From Mizuhopecten yessoensis (lineage: Eukaryota), in the NCBI RefSeq assembly GCF_002113885.1, contig NW_018404519.1, forward strand, positions 753,546-817,545: a DNA stretch of 64,000 bases, written 5' to 3'. Below are positions 13,801 through 28,400 of the stretch, in pieces (position 1 is the stretch's first letter; each line of letters starts with the position of its first letter). The notes below the pieces were generated by a model. It was not told the origin of the DNA, made no database searches, and worked only from the letters and a program-made list of their open reading frames with translations. The translations under genes were made by a program, and so were the position numbers.

Positions 13801-16800
13801 CAACATTCAATTTGTTTTCAATATTTCCTTTGCTGTATATTGATGTAACTGCATTGATTGGAAATATAAGTTCAGGAAAAAAGACATTTTCACACATGTT
13901 AAAATAAATTGCTTGAATCTCAGGTTGTCAGTACGTGGCCATAACGTGTTTTGGAGCGTTGAAGAATTTGTTCCTGATTGGGTACGAAGCATCACGGATC
14001 CAGTCGAGATGGCGACAACGATCAAAGAAAGAATCAGTGAAGCTGTCACTCTTACTAAAGGAAGGTATTTCAGTGCCCATTATTTTAATTTATTTTTCGT
14101 TTCTGCTGCAAGTTCCTATATCATAAGGATGTAAATGCAATTATCTTTATCATTTCAACACTTCTCGCCATGCCTTGAATAATGCGAAAACATCTTAAGA
14201 GACAAATATTTTAGAAGGTGTCTTTATTTTATTCCATGAATATTACTTGTACTGACGATATTGAGCAACATTTCAGGAACTAGAGAAAACTAATATTTAG
14301 AGCACTGACAACTATTATCTTATATTTAATGGATTTTTTTATTTAATTTTTTTAACATACATGCTAATATGAATATTAAGATATGACCGTTCGGCCTCTT
14401 GATAAATCTTCAGGCTGGCTCATTGGGATGTCAACAACGAGAACCTTCACAGCGACTTCTTTGAGAGGACGACCGGGAATGTTGACATCACCATGGATAT
14501 GTTCCGGGAGATGCACTTGCAAGAACCAAACACAAAACTGTTCCTCAATGATTTTGCTGTCTTCAACAAGGGCACATATACAACGGTATGTTTTAAAGCT
14601 AGCTGTATCGTGCAATGGGTAGTACCTAGTAAAACAACATTACATATCGCAGAAGCGAGTTCGGTCATGCCATTCTGACGTAAAATCTTCAAATAAATAC
14701 ATTCGAGGAGATCTGATTTCTCCAGTTGTATAACCCGATATCTTTTACTTTGCTTTCAATAAGTACATTGTATCACTGTTCGGCAAAAATAGCTATTTTG
14801 TTTTGATAGTGTTAATCCATTAAGCGACAGAGGTGTCTGTTGATATTCATATCATAACGACATGTTATTCAATATCCTGATCATGTGGATTAAATATAAT
14901 TCCACTAATTTCCGTTGACTTATCGTCTTACGTCCATAAGATGCTCTAAGAGTTCATCCTTGTTTCCTTTGTCATTAACAGTCCCTTAAGAACCAAGCCA
15001 GGAGTTTTGTGGATTCCCAGGTACCTATACATGGGGTTGGAGTTCAAAGCCATTTCAAGTCTGCCGATGTAGACATGACTCGACTCAAGGTACAATTTTA
15101 CTGTAAACATCTGAAGCGCAAAAATAATTTGGCAACTGGCATAGCCAATACAAACCATCTCCTTACAATAGTTAATATTGCATAAACATCGTATTTATAA
15201 TACACAAACCTAAGTGTTATAATTTGAATATCTCTGTATGGGTGATAACTGCAATCTTTTAACAAGAGATATATTGACATCAGTTTGCTGGTCAAAACTT
15301 GAACTGGAGGCCGGCACAGAACTGTTTTCCCTGATTTAATGGCTGTAGTTTTGACGTTGTATTCGCGGGCAAATATACTTTAGTTGGATGGTTTTGATTC
15401 AGGCCGACTGAGTGGTTTGGTGCATTGTTAATCTTCATGAAAATGAATTTTGCTTTAAGAATGTATTTATAAGCAATGAGAGATTCATATGCCACCCACG
15501 TCCTTCTAGTAGCGAACATACATTGGTGGTATGACAGCGTTATCTGAACCCTCGGGGAATATTTAAAAAATATCTCCACCCGCGGCAAATTTGAGTATTC
15601 CATAGTTTTGTTCAGAAAGATGATATTTCATCGTTATTCTTACTTAAAGGGTTTGAAAAAGATTATTGTAGTCCTTAGTTATAAATTTTATTTTTTTATT
15701 TTCACAGTACCGTCTGGACAAGGTGGCCGAGGCCGGTCCTCCGATCTGGGTGACAGAGTTGTCGATTAGGTCAACTAACAACGCAGCAAAGGCTCAAGCC
15801 ATGGAGGAAGCCATGACAATGTACTTTAGCCATGAAAAGGTCGAAGGTATCATCGTATGGGGGTTCTGGGGGCCTTCCATCAAGTGGCCAGCTGATACCT
15901 TGACGACCGATGCAATACCGATTGTTGTAAGTATTTAAAGACAACATTGGTTTTTACTTTTCTTTCTATTGGATGAGTCAGAGTGATGATAAATATACTT
16001 TTAACTCGGTTAGCATAAATAGTAAAATCGGTGTAGACCGGCATATACTGTACACATAGAGATACGTCTACCGACATCGCGGTGAACGATATGAAATGCA
16101 AGCGTTCAGGAAGTTAACGGATTTGAATGATGGATGTTAGGGATTTGGGAAGCGATTTTAATTGTGTTTAAATCTCTTGGTTGGCATCCAGGGTAATGCC
16201 TCCTATCGTTGGGCACCGTGATCAGGCCCTCCACATGTTGCAAGGGTGTGTCGTGCTTTTCTAGCAAAAACCAATGTCCCAATGTCTAACTGTCCAGATT
16301 TGTCCCCCACTGAACATATATGGGACGAATGGGACAGACGGCTTAGAAAACGAGGAGCAAACGCCCTTAAACAACGTCGCCCAGCTAAATCAGGCACTTC
16401 TGTAGGAATGGAACAACATCCAAGTTTAAACATAAACAGGCTCCTGGGATTTACAGTGATGTGATCACAACCTGCGGAGGACACACGCGGTATCGAATAG
16501 ATACTGGAGACTGAATGGCTTTATTGCGACGTCATCCCTGACGCCGTCGCTTGTGTTACAACATCATTTTTCTCATAAATTAGAATTCAGTTAACAGGTA
16601 AATTTAACTCTAATTGAATATCCACCACCTAATATTCCTTTTTTCCGTCAGAATTTTCGCATGGGGTGAAGTACGGTTAATTACTTGATAATTACAATTT
16701 CAGTTGAACGAAGCCGGCCAGAAGTATTTAGACCTTGTAAACACAACATGGAGAACTAACTGGAGTGCAAAGTTGAAAAGCCATAAGAATAAGAGGCATT

Positions 16801-18457
16801 TCAAAGGAGACTATTGCATCAGAATCAAGAAGGACGGAGTTACACTCAAGACAATTAACTTCTCCTTATTAAAGGACCGGAACCTGAAATTAAGAGTAAA
16901 AGGAACAAGTATGTAAAACGCAAAAACATTCTCGGTTATAATCATCAATCATACCCACATTCTCATATAGAAATACTCAGAATTAACAAATATACGCAAG
17001 CATCCAATACACAAATATTCTTTATAAAAATAATTAAATACACATAAAAAAAATTAGAACACACAAACATGCAATGCACACCAACATCAAATATTCCCAA
17101 ATATCAAAAGCACACATACATCCAATATACGCAATCATCGCAAACACACACATATTCAATACACACAAATATTCATTTTACAAAACATCAAATACGCACA
17201 CACATCAACTGCACACATACATCCAATACACATAAACATCCGTTACACACAGATATCAATAAACAAATACATGTATAACCATTACACACAAACATCCTAA
17301 AAACAAAAATAACCATTACACACAACCATTTAATACACACGAACATCCATTTTACCAAAATATTCATTAAAGCCAATGTATAAAAGTAACAAAATAAGTA
17401 TGAACCTTCGATAAAATAAACTATTATATACCCAACTACATATTTCAAATTTACCAAACATCAAATTTACATCAGATACAGCCAATAATATTTCTGCAAA
17501 CATCACTAATGAACGAAAATAGAATGCAAGCGCATTTGATATCAATTTTAACTTACATAATATACACGCATTGATCTGAATGTTATGATTTTGTTATGTA
17601 AATAGAGCATTAACAAATATATTTTTTATTTAGAAACAAAAAATAACTTTTTAATATAAACCTGATTACTTAATGCAATTAAGGATTTGCCTTCATTTTG
17701 ACGGCATATAAAGTAGTATGAACGCAGTTGGTAACGAACATATTCTTTATAGAGCGCGAAACTGCGTTCTTACCACCATATACGCCGTCAAAATGAAGGT
17801 CAATCCTTATATTTACAATCAAAAATTGTTTAAATGCTACATTACGCAGAAAAAAGTCGAAGCGGGTTGCCACGATGGTAACTACGGTAACCGTGGTTGC
17901 TAGGACAATATATTTCAAGTGAATCTACATCGATATATGAGTAAATGTAGAAAGTACGCAGCGAACAACATTATTTTTTTTTCCTTTCATGGTTTTTAAA
18001 TTTTAAATTAAGCAATGTGAGAAGCCCTTCAAACGTTTCTATTCATTTACAACGGTCGTCATGTACGCGCATTGACACACTGCTCATGGAGTGACGCGGT
18101 CAGAACGAAGCCGCCATTCTTGACGTTACCGTCAAAGAAATTTGAATGTGCATCCATGAAATAAGAAGTCGGTCAGCATTCTTTTGTTGTATAATTAGAC
18201 ATGATGGATCCCGAATATGTTCTTTGTATCTGGATGGTAAATGACCCAAGCATTGGTTGTCATTGGACTGTCATCTCGCTAAAGCGTGAACGGCGCCATA
18301 TTTGAAACAAGTATCATTACGCTGAGCCTTTTTTCATTGTCATACAAAAATGCGTTTTTGTATAGTTTTATTTTCTTTTATTTCATATACATAATCTAAA
18401 TCAATATTCTCTTTCCTTGCAGCTGACTCTCCAAAGATAAAAGTGAAACTTACCTGA
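7887..18457 (+). CDS. Secreted glycoside hydrolase family 10 (endo-1,4-beta-xylanase-like) with N-terminal CBM4/9 (CBM22-like) module, copy 1; 13 exons, 580 aa
   Basis: Exons 7887-8077, 10309-10466, 11497-11586, 11830-11986, 12292-12337, 12663-12827, 13199-13254, 13924-14064, 14414-14585, 14982-15089, 15708-15926, 16704-16908, 18423-18457. All GT-AG with consistent phases; total 1743 nt. Signal peptide MASFLVCLLLVGTCILGVAG; CBM start NLLGNGDFE; GH10 motifs NALKW, RGHNVFW, HWDVNNE (acid/base), FLNDF, GVGVQSH, PIWVTEL (nucleophile), WGFW. Confidence 0.93.
8290..9960. repeat. Degenerate ~24-bp satellite (TATTAACGCTGTGGTATATCTTTTG-like) with a ~580-bp higher-order duplication, in intron 1
   Basis: Units are clearly visible at 9180-9460; block ~8294-8868 is repeated at ~8877-9580. 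Confidence 0.85.
13262..13595. repeat. ~19-bp tandem repeat (TACATTTTGTATACAGAAA) starting just after the exon-7 donor
   Basis: Directly visible; it produces the spurious ORFs at 13218-13631. Confidence 0.95.
15315..15470 (-). mobile_element. pogo/Tigger-type DDE_1 transposase fragment in intron 10
   Basis: INNAPNH...VYLPANTTSKLQPLNQG matches the DNAPSH...FLPPNTTSxLQPLDQG signature of pogo/Tigger transposases. Confidence 0.65.
16185..16495 (+). mobile_element. Tc1/mariner transposase C-terminal fragment in intron 11
   Basis: PHVARVCRAFL...CPDLSPTEHIWDEWDRRLR resembles the Tc1 SPDLxPIEHxWD motif; it ends with the typical GHTRY-like terminus (GGACACACGCGGTAT). Confidence 0.75.
16950..17520. 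repeat. CA/A-rich low-complexity tract in intron 12
   Basis: Almost G-free ACACA/AAATA mosaic. Confidence 0.7.
17687..17948. mobile_element. Hairpin + TATTTAC...GAGTAAATG element
   Basis: Imperfect long inverted repeat at 17687-17803, then TATTTACA (17810) and GAGTAAATG (17940). Confidence 0.45.
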
Positions 18458-19154
18458 ACATGCACCACTCCTCCGCCAGGTGTTCTTAGTGATTATTGTT
18501 TATGTTTATATCAAATAGTCTCCAATAACATGCTTGAAAATAACATTTCACGTTCCTAAGCTTTAAATGAAATCAACTAAAAGCCTTTACTAGAAGAGTA
18601 AAACAACGTGAAAATTACAGGAATATTGTTCGCTATCATTGTTCTAATAAACCCATTCCGGTAACAGCCGTTGTTGTCTTTTTCACTTTTGCCGTTATTT
18701 TCCGTATTGCTGAAAACAAGCAAGCTTTAAAGTTTAGTTACCAATGAATATTTCATCGAGAATCACCAAGCATTACTGGAAACACTATTTTAAAATATCT
18801 GATGGAGCCTGTAGTGGACTATGGTATAAACATCTACCTTATTTCATTGTCAATATGTTGAGCAAGATTAAGCCAAATACGTGTCTGTTTAGTTTGGTCC
18901 TACTGTCAAATTTACCCAACACCGCAGAAAATTGCCGTTTTAGGCCCACAGCTTTGAAAGTAGTTAATTGTTCTGTAATATTACGTAAAACGGTTTCTTC
19001 GAACGTTTAACCCTATCAACACTTTCTAGAAGCGAGATGTCTATAATGGCATTATTAAGTATATCAGACACGCATTTGGATTTGCTAATCAATGACTGCA
19101 CAAGTGTTGTTACAACCAATAGTCCTTGCAACCGTCCGTTTATCTANAAAAAAG

Positions 19155-19185
<31 letters not shown>

Positions 19186-20049
19186 TTTTAATATCTCACA
19201 AAACATTGTGGTGGTACTTATTTCTGTAGGTGCACTAATAAAAATGAACTTCTAGAAAACCTTAGAATTTCATCTATCAAAAACAAACATCTATTCTTTC
19301 TTTTGACCTTTCAATATGCTATACATAATCAAGGCTGAAAGGTTTAGTATTCAAAAACTGTCAATTATCTTTTTTATGAAAAAAAAATCCTAATATTTTG
19401 CTAAAAATCACAATGCTTATTCGAAAGATCTTCTCTTTTGACCTATAGATTACTGTCATGGTTTTCTATCTCATATCTACGTTGAGGAAATATCAAATCA
19501 TGATTTTTTCAGTATCTGCAGTGATTAAAAAAACTGTTCTACTTCACTTCGATCGGAGGTGAAAAACATGTTGAACATGTTGAAAAAGACTCACCATAAC
19601 GTCTGGTTTTACGTATGCATTGTATGTACGAGTTCATGTTATTTCGTTTTGTTACCGTCCAGGAATATCATAACTTCCTTCTCATCTTCGTCGTTTAAAG
19701 AAATAAAGATGTCGATTTTCCTAGTAAATTTTAGATTAGGAATGTAGCGTGTTTCCTGGCCTGATAGGCATTGTAGCTGGTTGTCTGAGTCTTTTGTTAA
19801 TACAGTGTTCCATTCGTTGTGATATTGTGTGTATCTATTTGATATTATATCACCAAAATCTATTTTGCAGATGAAAGCGTTGCAAATATTCTTCTTAGAT
19901 ATTGATTTTACATGTTAATTTAAACTGGAAAGATGTTTTTTTCTTTATTTATCAAAATATGGTATATAAAATATAAATCGAAATTTTCTAAATAAATTGA
20001 CACTAAAAAGACGCACATTAGAGAGTGTCTGGATTTTATGTATACCTCG

Positions 20050-20480
20050 CTCCTTGAATATGATTTTACACACTATTCAATAAGGTTTACCGCTCTACAT
20101 CAGTATAATTCATCAAACAACTTCAATATGATTAACCAAACTACTTCAATATGGTTTACCACGCTACTTCAATATGATTATCAATACTACTTCAATATGG
20201 TTTACCACACTACTTCAATATGATTTACCACACTACTTCAATATGATTTACCACGTTTCTTCAATATGAATTATCAAACTACTTAAATATGATTTACCAA
20301 ATTACTTCAATATGGTTTACCACGCTACTTCAATATGATTAACCATACTACTTCAATATGATTTACCACGCTACTTCAATATGCTTTACCACGCTCCTTC
20401 AATATGATTTAACACACTAATCAGATATGATTAACCTCACTACTTCAATATGATTTACCCCACTACTTCAATATGATGTG
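20050..20480. repeat. 23-bp tandem repeat (CTACTTCAATATGATTTACCACG)
   Basis: About 18 degenerate units visible. Confidence 0.9.
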
Positions 20481-21989
20481 TACCGCCGTAATATTTCCAT
20501 ACTTCTTCAATAAGATGCATACCAATATCGTATCTTACCAAACATTACCACAGCATCAACGTACTAGAACAATTAACAAAATCACAATCGGTACAGAATG
20601 ACCAAACACTACTTAAAAGGAAACTTATCTAAGACAAACATTTCACAAACCCGTGCTTAATTCATTATTTTGATGCTGTCTATATATTGCCTCCCATTTT
20701 TGATAAGTGGTTGCATTTTTGTAGGGATTCCCCAACATGTTTGAACAGACAAGCTGTACCGAACTATTCACCTTTGTGAAATAAGACTGTTACATATTGT
20801 GTTAGAATACGTTAACCAGGAAGGTCAGTGGACGGACATTGCCTTCAGGCCTATTGGTCAGTATGTATGACGGACAATACACATCGCTCGTGAGTCCCGA
20901 TTTCGACTCATAGTGTAAACGTTGTTGTTTTATTTAATTGATACAAGAAATACATAAGGACAAGTTTGTTTCATTTCTTTTAAAAGCTAACTGTTCTAAG
21001 TCTAGACTAGAGTATAGACATAATTACACCAAACCAGACTGGCCAACCTGTAAACAAAACAGCCTACGTGGGAAGTAAGAACAAATGTCGCTGGGTAGGG
21101 GACATTTCAGTACACTCACACTGATGGATGAGCTTACCACCACGAGTGACCTCCCCTCTGGCTAGTGAGACAGTGACGCATGGCCTTTAAACGTGTCTTA
21201 TTTAATCATATTTATTGAAAATGATTTTAGGCAGAGTATCTAGCACAGTGTGACCAAACTCTTGAAATGACATACGTGATATTTGGTCAGTGTATGTTAT
21301 CAATCCTAGAATAACATTATGGTAAGTTTATACCTACGAGACTATTTTATACAAGCGGCTCTTTTGTTTGGTAATCCTCTATGAAAATAAACTTACTTCA
21401 TAACGTAATCCCTTATTTTTTTTATGTATCATTAGTTCTTATTATGAATCTGTAACTTCTATAGATTGAATATTTATCAATGGTCTATTTCCTACTTTAG
21501 CAGCAGAAATTATCAGATTCCAAACTGAATTATTATAAATGGAATTATAACTAACAGACGAAGTATTATTTTAAAAATCAATAGGAGAAAGAAAAAGAAA
21601 TACAGGTTTAAAAGTTTTTCGATTCAAAAAGCCAAATTGGTTGCTTTTTAGGACTAATAAGTGGTACACATACTTATATAATTAGATACATTTCTCCAAA
21701 TAGCTCGTACTCTAATACTACAGGCAGTCAGAGTGACGGGTAATGATATTTTGACCCATTCCGTCCCTTATTCGGCGGTTTAGAGTCGACTCACCGGTCA
21801 GTTGCATTCTTTGCTTGACAAAGTAAACAGACGTTTTCGAAAGCTCGCAACATAAGTTTTCAATTACTGTTTGTTTTCAATACAAACTTAGCCTTTATAA
21901 TTCCTACTTAACTGATGAACCTCATTCCAAATTTTCCTCTAGTACTTCTTTCACGAAGTTCAGTTTAGGTCACAAACATTCATCAGTTT

Positions 21990-22081
21990 TTAAACAGTGT
22001 TGTTATGGCTTAGACAGTGTTGTTATGGCTTAAACAGTGTTGTTATGGCTTAAACAGTGTTGTTATGGCTTAAACAGTGTT
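21990..22081. repeat. 20-bp tandem repeat (TTAAACAGTGTTGTTATGGC) x4.5 upstream of GH10 gene 2
   Basis: Directly visible. Confidence 0.9.
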
Positions 22082-22405
22082 AAGGAATGAACATATTATG
22101 TTTGGTATGGTGCTAGACACAATACAGCTGACCGCCTGTGACGCATGATATCATGAAAGTCTAACAAAACCATTTACCCTCGAGTTAGATTTTCCACATT
22201 TAGTAAATGCGTGCTTGTTTCATGTACACTTAATGTCCAGCCCCGGTCTCAGCTACACTGACCTCTAGTGACAAAGGTTATGCTGTTATCTCTCAGCCAA
22301 TCAAAAGTCGAACAGAAGGAGCAGGAATGTAAATTCCTAAATAAAAGGATACACACTTATATAGATATATGCATTCACAAGAGTTGTTGGTATCGAATAA
22401 GATCA

Positions 22406-25400
22406 ATGACATTTATACTGAGCAGTCTCCTCCTGGTGGGGACTTGTGTACTGGAAGTAGCGGGAACTAACCTTCTGGGAAATGGAGACTTTGAGGCGGG
22501 TACCCTGGGGACTTACTGGAGGAAGTCGGGATGTTCTTGGGCCATAAGCACCTCAGAGAAACGTGGAGGAGCGCAGAGTGTCCACATCACCGGGAGGTAC
22601 TCCATGAATTGATATAATTAGTGATATGTCCACAGATAATTGATTATAGCTGATACACATTATAACATAATAACATTCTAAAAGGTTCGAACTAAGGCAC
22701 CGTCTGGAAAAACAAACAATACATATTTGATTTGTTTTTTGTATGCTGATTCTGTGATCAATTTAATTTTGTGTAGTGACGATGTGGCTTAAGAGTATTT
22801 TGATGCTGCGGATATTTTAGTATTTTCACGCTGTGGTATAATGTGTGTGCTGACGCTGTAGCATATTTTCTGTGTTGACCGTTTTGTGTGTTTTTCTCAG
22901 CTGTCATTCTGGTATAGTTTGTGTGCTGATGCTTCCGTATTTTGTTTTAACTCTATAGTATATTTTATTTTATTCAATTTTCCAAAGATTCAGTGTAATT
23001 AGAAATGCCTTACAGTTATTTAGGCAAATCTCCATCGAATAAACCATTAATTTTGGCCCAAACTATTGAGAGGCTAAACATGGAGTGAATAGTTATCCAC
23101 CAGTTTCAGGTACACAAATAACTTTTCTTATCTTAAGGTCAAATAACTGGGGAGGACTTGGCTATTTTATTCAACCACCTGATGTCACTTCTGGTAAATT
23201 GTACGCTTTCGTTGGACACATCAAATTGGAGAATCTTGCGGCTGGTCACTTGTATCACGAGGTGATGGTGAAGCTAAGAATAGAAAAGCTCGACGGTAGG
23301 TTAATGTATTATTTTTGCCGGTTAAAGATGTAATTATAATTGTTGTCTTTTTGTATTCTGCTTTTGTAACTTTTGAATTGTAAGGTGATATAATCCTATG
23401 CCAAATCCCATAAACGACAAGTTTTTTTCTCCGGTCAAATATTATTCTCGGAAACGTATCAATCTCCATAATAGCTAAACTAAGAACCAAACGAAAAGTT
23501 GCAATTTAACAGCAGTTTATGTTTCTTTGTATTATTTGATTCTACAGTATATCATTTAAATCTAAATAGTTTATCAAGTAACTCTATCGTAAATCATCTT
23601 GCAAAAACACCTTACAACACAGTATATCAAATAATAGTTAACTCAAATAACTCTAGGGGCTCTACCGTATAGCACTTTACTTTATCATCTCACTCTACAG
23701 TATGTCACTAAATTCTATAGAATATCGAATAACTCCATAGTATATCAAATTACCATAAAGTCTATCACACAGCTCTTCTGTAAAGCACCTAACTTGATCA
23801 TCTACCTATACAGTATATCACCTAACTCTACAGAAGAAAAGAAAAAAACTCTAAAGTATATTAAATCATAATTGCAGATCCTTGGCTTTTACATTAAATA
23901 TACATAATTTAAGATCATCTAAGATTATTGTAGATTTCTAGATGTCAGTTTTTATCTGTAGGAAGTAAAACTTACTCCAATCTCAGCATACACCCTCGAC
24001 TTCGACCAGGATCCTGGGAAGAGGTGGGAGGGGACGTCAAACTCCCAAGCAGTAAGTACATGGTCATTTGATTCACCAGATCACTGTGCATGACTAGCGT
24101 CATTTCAAACAGAAAAACTGGTATTGCTCATTTTGCTCGACAACTGTTTGCAAGTATATTATCCAAGTGGAAAAGAAAGCGGATTTTTTTCGGAGTTCAT
24201 ATAATATTGTTAATTATTTTTTCAGATGTCAAAGAAGTCAAGATCTATATCCAAATTGAGGAAAAGGAAGTTAGTTATTTCTTTGATGACGCAAGCCTTG
24301 TGGAGCTCGTACCGGACCCGGACTGGAGGTCAAAAGCTGAGTCCAACATTGACCTGAACCGCAAGGTCACTCTCGATATCCTGTAAGATAAACAAGCCAG
24401 CTTCACCTGAATGTCACAAAGATTTGATTTTCGTTTTAATGACGTCAAATTACATTAATTAATCATATAATCGTTTTGTTTAAAATATGTATGTCTTTAA
24501 TATGGATATCGTGATTTTTTTTTACAAATGAATATCACACAAGAACGATAACAATCAAATGATTTATTTAAAACGCAAATATGCATATTTATATATGTGT
24601 ATACATAAGTGGGATAAAATGAATAATAGTTTATTGGGCTCACGTTCTAATCGTGATGTCTATATTAAATATTGGTCCTACTATAATTTCTTACATTTTT
24701 CAGTGTAAAAAAGGTCAGAGGAATCAAGTTGAAAGATTTCACGATAGAGGTAAGTCAGGATGATTGTGACAGATGGCGAAAACTGATATTACGACTTACA
24801 TATATTTTTGAAACAAAAAAAAACATGACTTTGTTTCTAATTGCAATTGATGCATTGTAACAAAGTTTCTTATCTGTCGTTTATAACTATAACACATTTC
24901 CTTTAACAAATGTGTCGAATGTGATAAATGCAAGTCTTTTTCCAGAATTTTGTATATTCCATTATGTCCTAAAAATGAGTATTACTATAAATTGTTTCAC
25001 TAACAGGAAACTAACTCAATAGTCTACGTATTATTAACTGACATTACATCATTTTCTATTCAGGTTGAGCAGAAGCGAAGTGAGTTTGGACACGGTACAG
25101 CTCTTCAGGCGAAGCTATGGACCAACTCAAGTTATTCTGTCTTCAAAGACTTTGTGTACGATACGGTTAAACCGGAGTGGGGTGTGTTGATAAATGCTCT
25201 CAAGTGGAAGGGCATGCGATGGAGCGAGGTAACCTAAAATTGATATGCCACTCTCACAGATAGTTTGAAAAATATATTTTCTGTGTATAACTGTAAAGCA
25301 AACTATAAATTAAAAATAAATTCTTAATATTTCCTAATATTTTGCTCAATTGGACAGTAAATAAATCCTAATAATCCTATTTTAAAATGTAATTGTAGTA

Positions 25401-28400
25401 GCATTCGACGATATATGTCAGATCTTTTGTGAATATGTTTAATTGGTGCTTGGTGATAAAAACGCTGATGAAATAACAAGAATTTTTATCACGCAACCAT
25501 CTAATAATAGGATTTAGTTGATTGTGGATATTCCCCATAAGAACACTTAGAAGGAAATCATGAATCCTCCTTAACTATTAATAGTGAATTCCAGAATCTT
25601 TCAGTTGCGGAAAGGTTGATGTTCAAAACATTTGATTAACATTTTCATTCTGATGTTTATACCAATAGAGCACCCTCAGGTTTGACGATGCTGACGCAAC
25701 TATCAGTGACCTGCTGGATCACGGGTAAGTATAACCTGCTGGATCACGGGTAAGTTTGACCTGCTGGATCACGGGTAAGTATGACCTGCTGGATCACGGG
25801 TAAGTTTGACCTGCTAGATCACGGGTAAGTTTGACCTGCGGGGTTACGAGTAAGTTTGACCTGCTGGATCACGGGTAAGTTTGACCTGCTGGATCACGGG
25901 TAAGTTTTATTTTGTACATAACACGTTTGATTGATCTGCCGCATTGTTGTTTTCTTTTAATGTTATAATCACAAAATTTGAGTATCTAAAAGGACAACGA
26001 GTTGTTTAACCTCAGTAAAAAAAATGACACCGGCCAATTTTAGATACTTTCTTCAATGCGAATACATACAGCGTATATATAGATTGTATTGTCCATGGAA
26101 TGCTGATAATTCGTTTGTAATAACTTCATTGTTTAACCAACCACTATTATACCTGAAATTTGCTGTACTGAGGGAAGACTTTTGAACAGAAAATTCATTA
26201 CATTGAATGTCAGGTTGTCAGTACGTGGTCACAACGTGTTCTGGAGTGTGGAGAAATGGGTCCCCGATTGGGTGCGGAGCGTAACGGATCCAGCCGAGAT
26301 GGTGACAAAAATCGACGATAGAATCAGTGAAGCTATCAATCTTACCAAAGGGAGGTAATTCTTTCTAAGAAAAGAAGAATGAACTTGTGTCAAAAAAAAA
26401 AAAGACAAAACACCTAGGAGCGATATGATAGAAATTTAAGACCGTAGCTTATCCATGGAAACAAATTATTTTAATAAATGGACTTTATATCTTGGACTAG
26501 CTCAATGGATTTTCATTGTTTACAGTCATAATATGTTTTTTGGCTAGAATATTAATATTTGAATAGATATTTCATTCCTCAGATTAGCACACTGGGGTGT
26601 TAATGTCTTAATAATACGATATCTTTCAGGCTGGCTCATTGGGATGTCAACAACGAGAACCTGCACGACGACTTCTTTGAGAGGACGACCGGGAATATCA
26701 ACATTACCATGGATATGTTCCGGGATGTGCACACGGCTGAACCGAACACACAACTCTTCCTTAACGATTTTGGTGTCGTAAACCAGGGCAGGTACACAAC
26801 GGTACGGTCAAAATCTGTATATATATGTACGTAAACCAGGACAGGTAAACAACGGTACGGTCAAAATCTGTATATATATGTACTTAAACCAGGACAGGTA
26901 AACAACGGTACGGTCAAAATCTGTATATATATGTACGTAAACCAGGACAGGTAAACAACGGTACGGTCAAAATAAGTCTGCATCTGTATGTCATCGTATA
27001 TCGAGAAGTACCAAAAGGACGAACGGAGCGTGTCGTCTATGATACATTGTGCAGCCTGTTTCAACGACGGCTTCGGTGATGCCATCAAGTCCTCGAATAT
27101 ATTTAACATTAACGAAATCATTTACAGTATCCGTCAAGTGTCTACATTTTCGGCGTTATAAATACAATTGCAACTTATTCCGTTAGAAGGATATTTCAAA
27201 AAGTGCTATAAAAATAGATAGATATTAGATAGATACTGTTCTATAGGCTTATCATGTAGTTAGGTGTTTGACTCCGCTGGTGGATTGTCGGTCCCTAAGT
27301 TGGAACTAACTTTGTAATTCGAAATTATTCTGGCACAGTTTTGGTGACATGCTAGATTAAGAATAACGTATCATGTGGATGTTTTTATCTTTAGTATCAC
27401 TGGTGAGTCCTATAAGGTTAAAATGGTCATATGGTGGAGTAGAATGTTTAATTTGTATCGGCTTTCTGCATCGATAAGGTGAAGTTTTGAATTGTTACAT
27501 AGTATTTCTAACGATTATTCCACAGGTTTTTATTTACGCATCATCTATAATGACCGGTTATACGCCTCACTGTGAAAATACGTGTATCCATTACATACAC
27601 TTTGTTTTCAATTCTTACTGCTTTTGTTATTTACAGGCACTTAAGAACCAAGCCAGGAGTTTTGTGGATGCACAAGTACCTATCCATGGTATTGGGGTTC
27701 AAAGTCATCTCGGGTCAACCGACGTCGACATGACCCAACTCAAGGTGTGTGTTCCAATGTCATACTTACAGTACATCATGTACCCAATAACTATTTCCGT
27801 ATGCAGTCATGCATCGTAATTGGGTTCCAATCATTTCCATCACTACCACACTCTTTTAAAAAGTATAATACATTAAGGTATACACACTATCATACAGATT
27901 CAACATTTTAAGATTACACTTAAAAACGAGAAGAGGATAATATACCGGTAAAATGCTTCACAGTGGAGTGCATTTACGCAGTGCATACTAGATGATGAAC
28001 CTAAAGAACTTCACGCTAGAGGACTATGTCTAGGGCATAACATCAAGTAGATTACACCCTACACAATTATATAGTATATAATCGTCTATATAACTGGCTT
28101 ATTATATATAGATATGTAGATTACACCCTACACAATTATATAGTATATAATCGTCTATATAACTGGCTTATTATATAAAGATATGTAGATTACATCCTAC
28201 ACAATTATATAGTATATAATCGTCTATATAACTGACTTATTATATATAGATATGTAGATTACACCCTACAAAATTATATAGTATATAATCGTCTATATAA
28301 CTGGCTTATTATATATAGATACGATATGTTGGGTTATCAACACACCACCCTTTACAGATTCGAGAACCGTATTAGCAAGTAGTTAGTTCCTCTGTCAAAC

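Noticed and set aside
16909-16916. Stop at the end of ORF 16704-16916 (and 29698) as the true gene end
   Set aside because: A conserved downstream exon 13 with good acceptors exists in both paralogs.
19146-19182. Single N followed by a poly-A run
   Set aside because: Likely a contig join; no evidence for a retrocopy tail.
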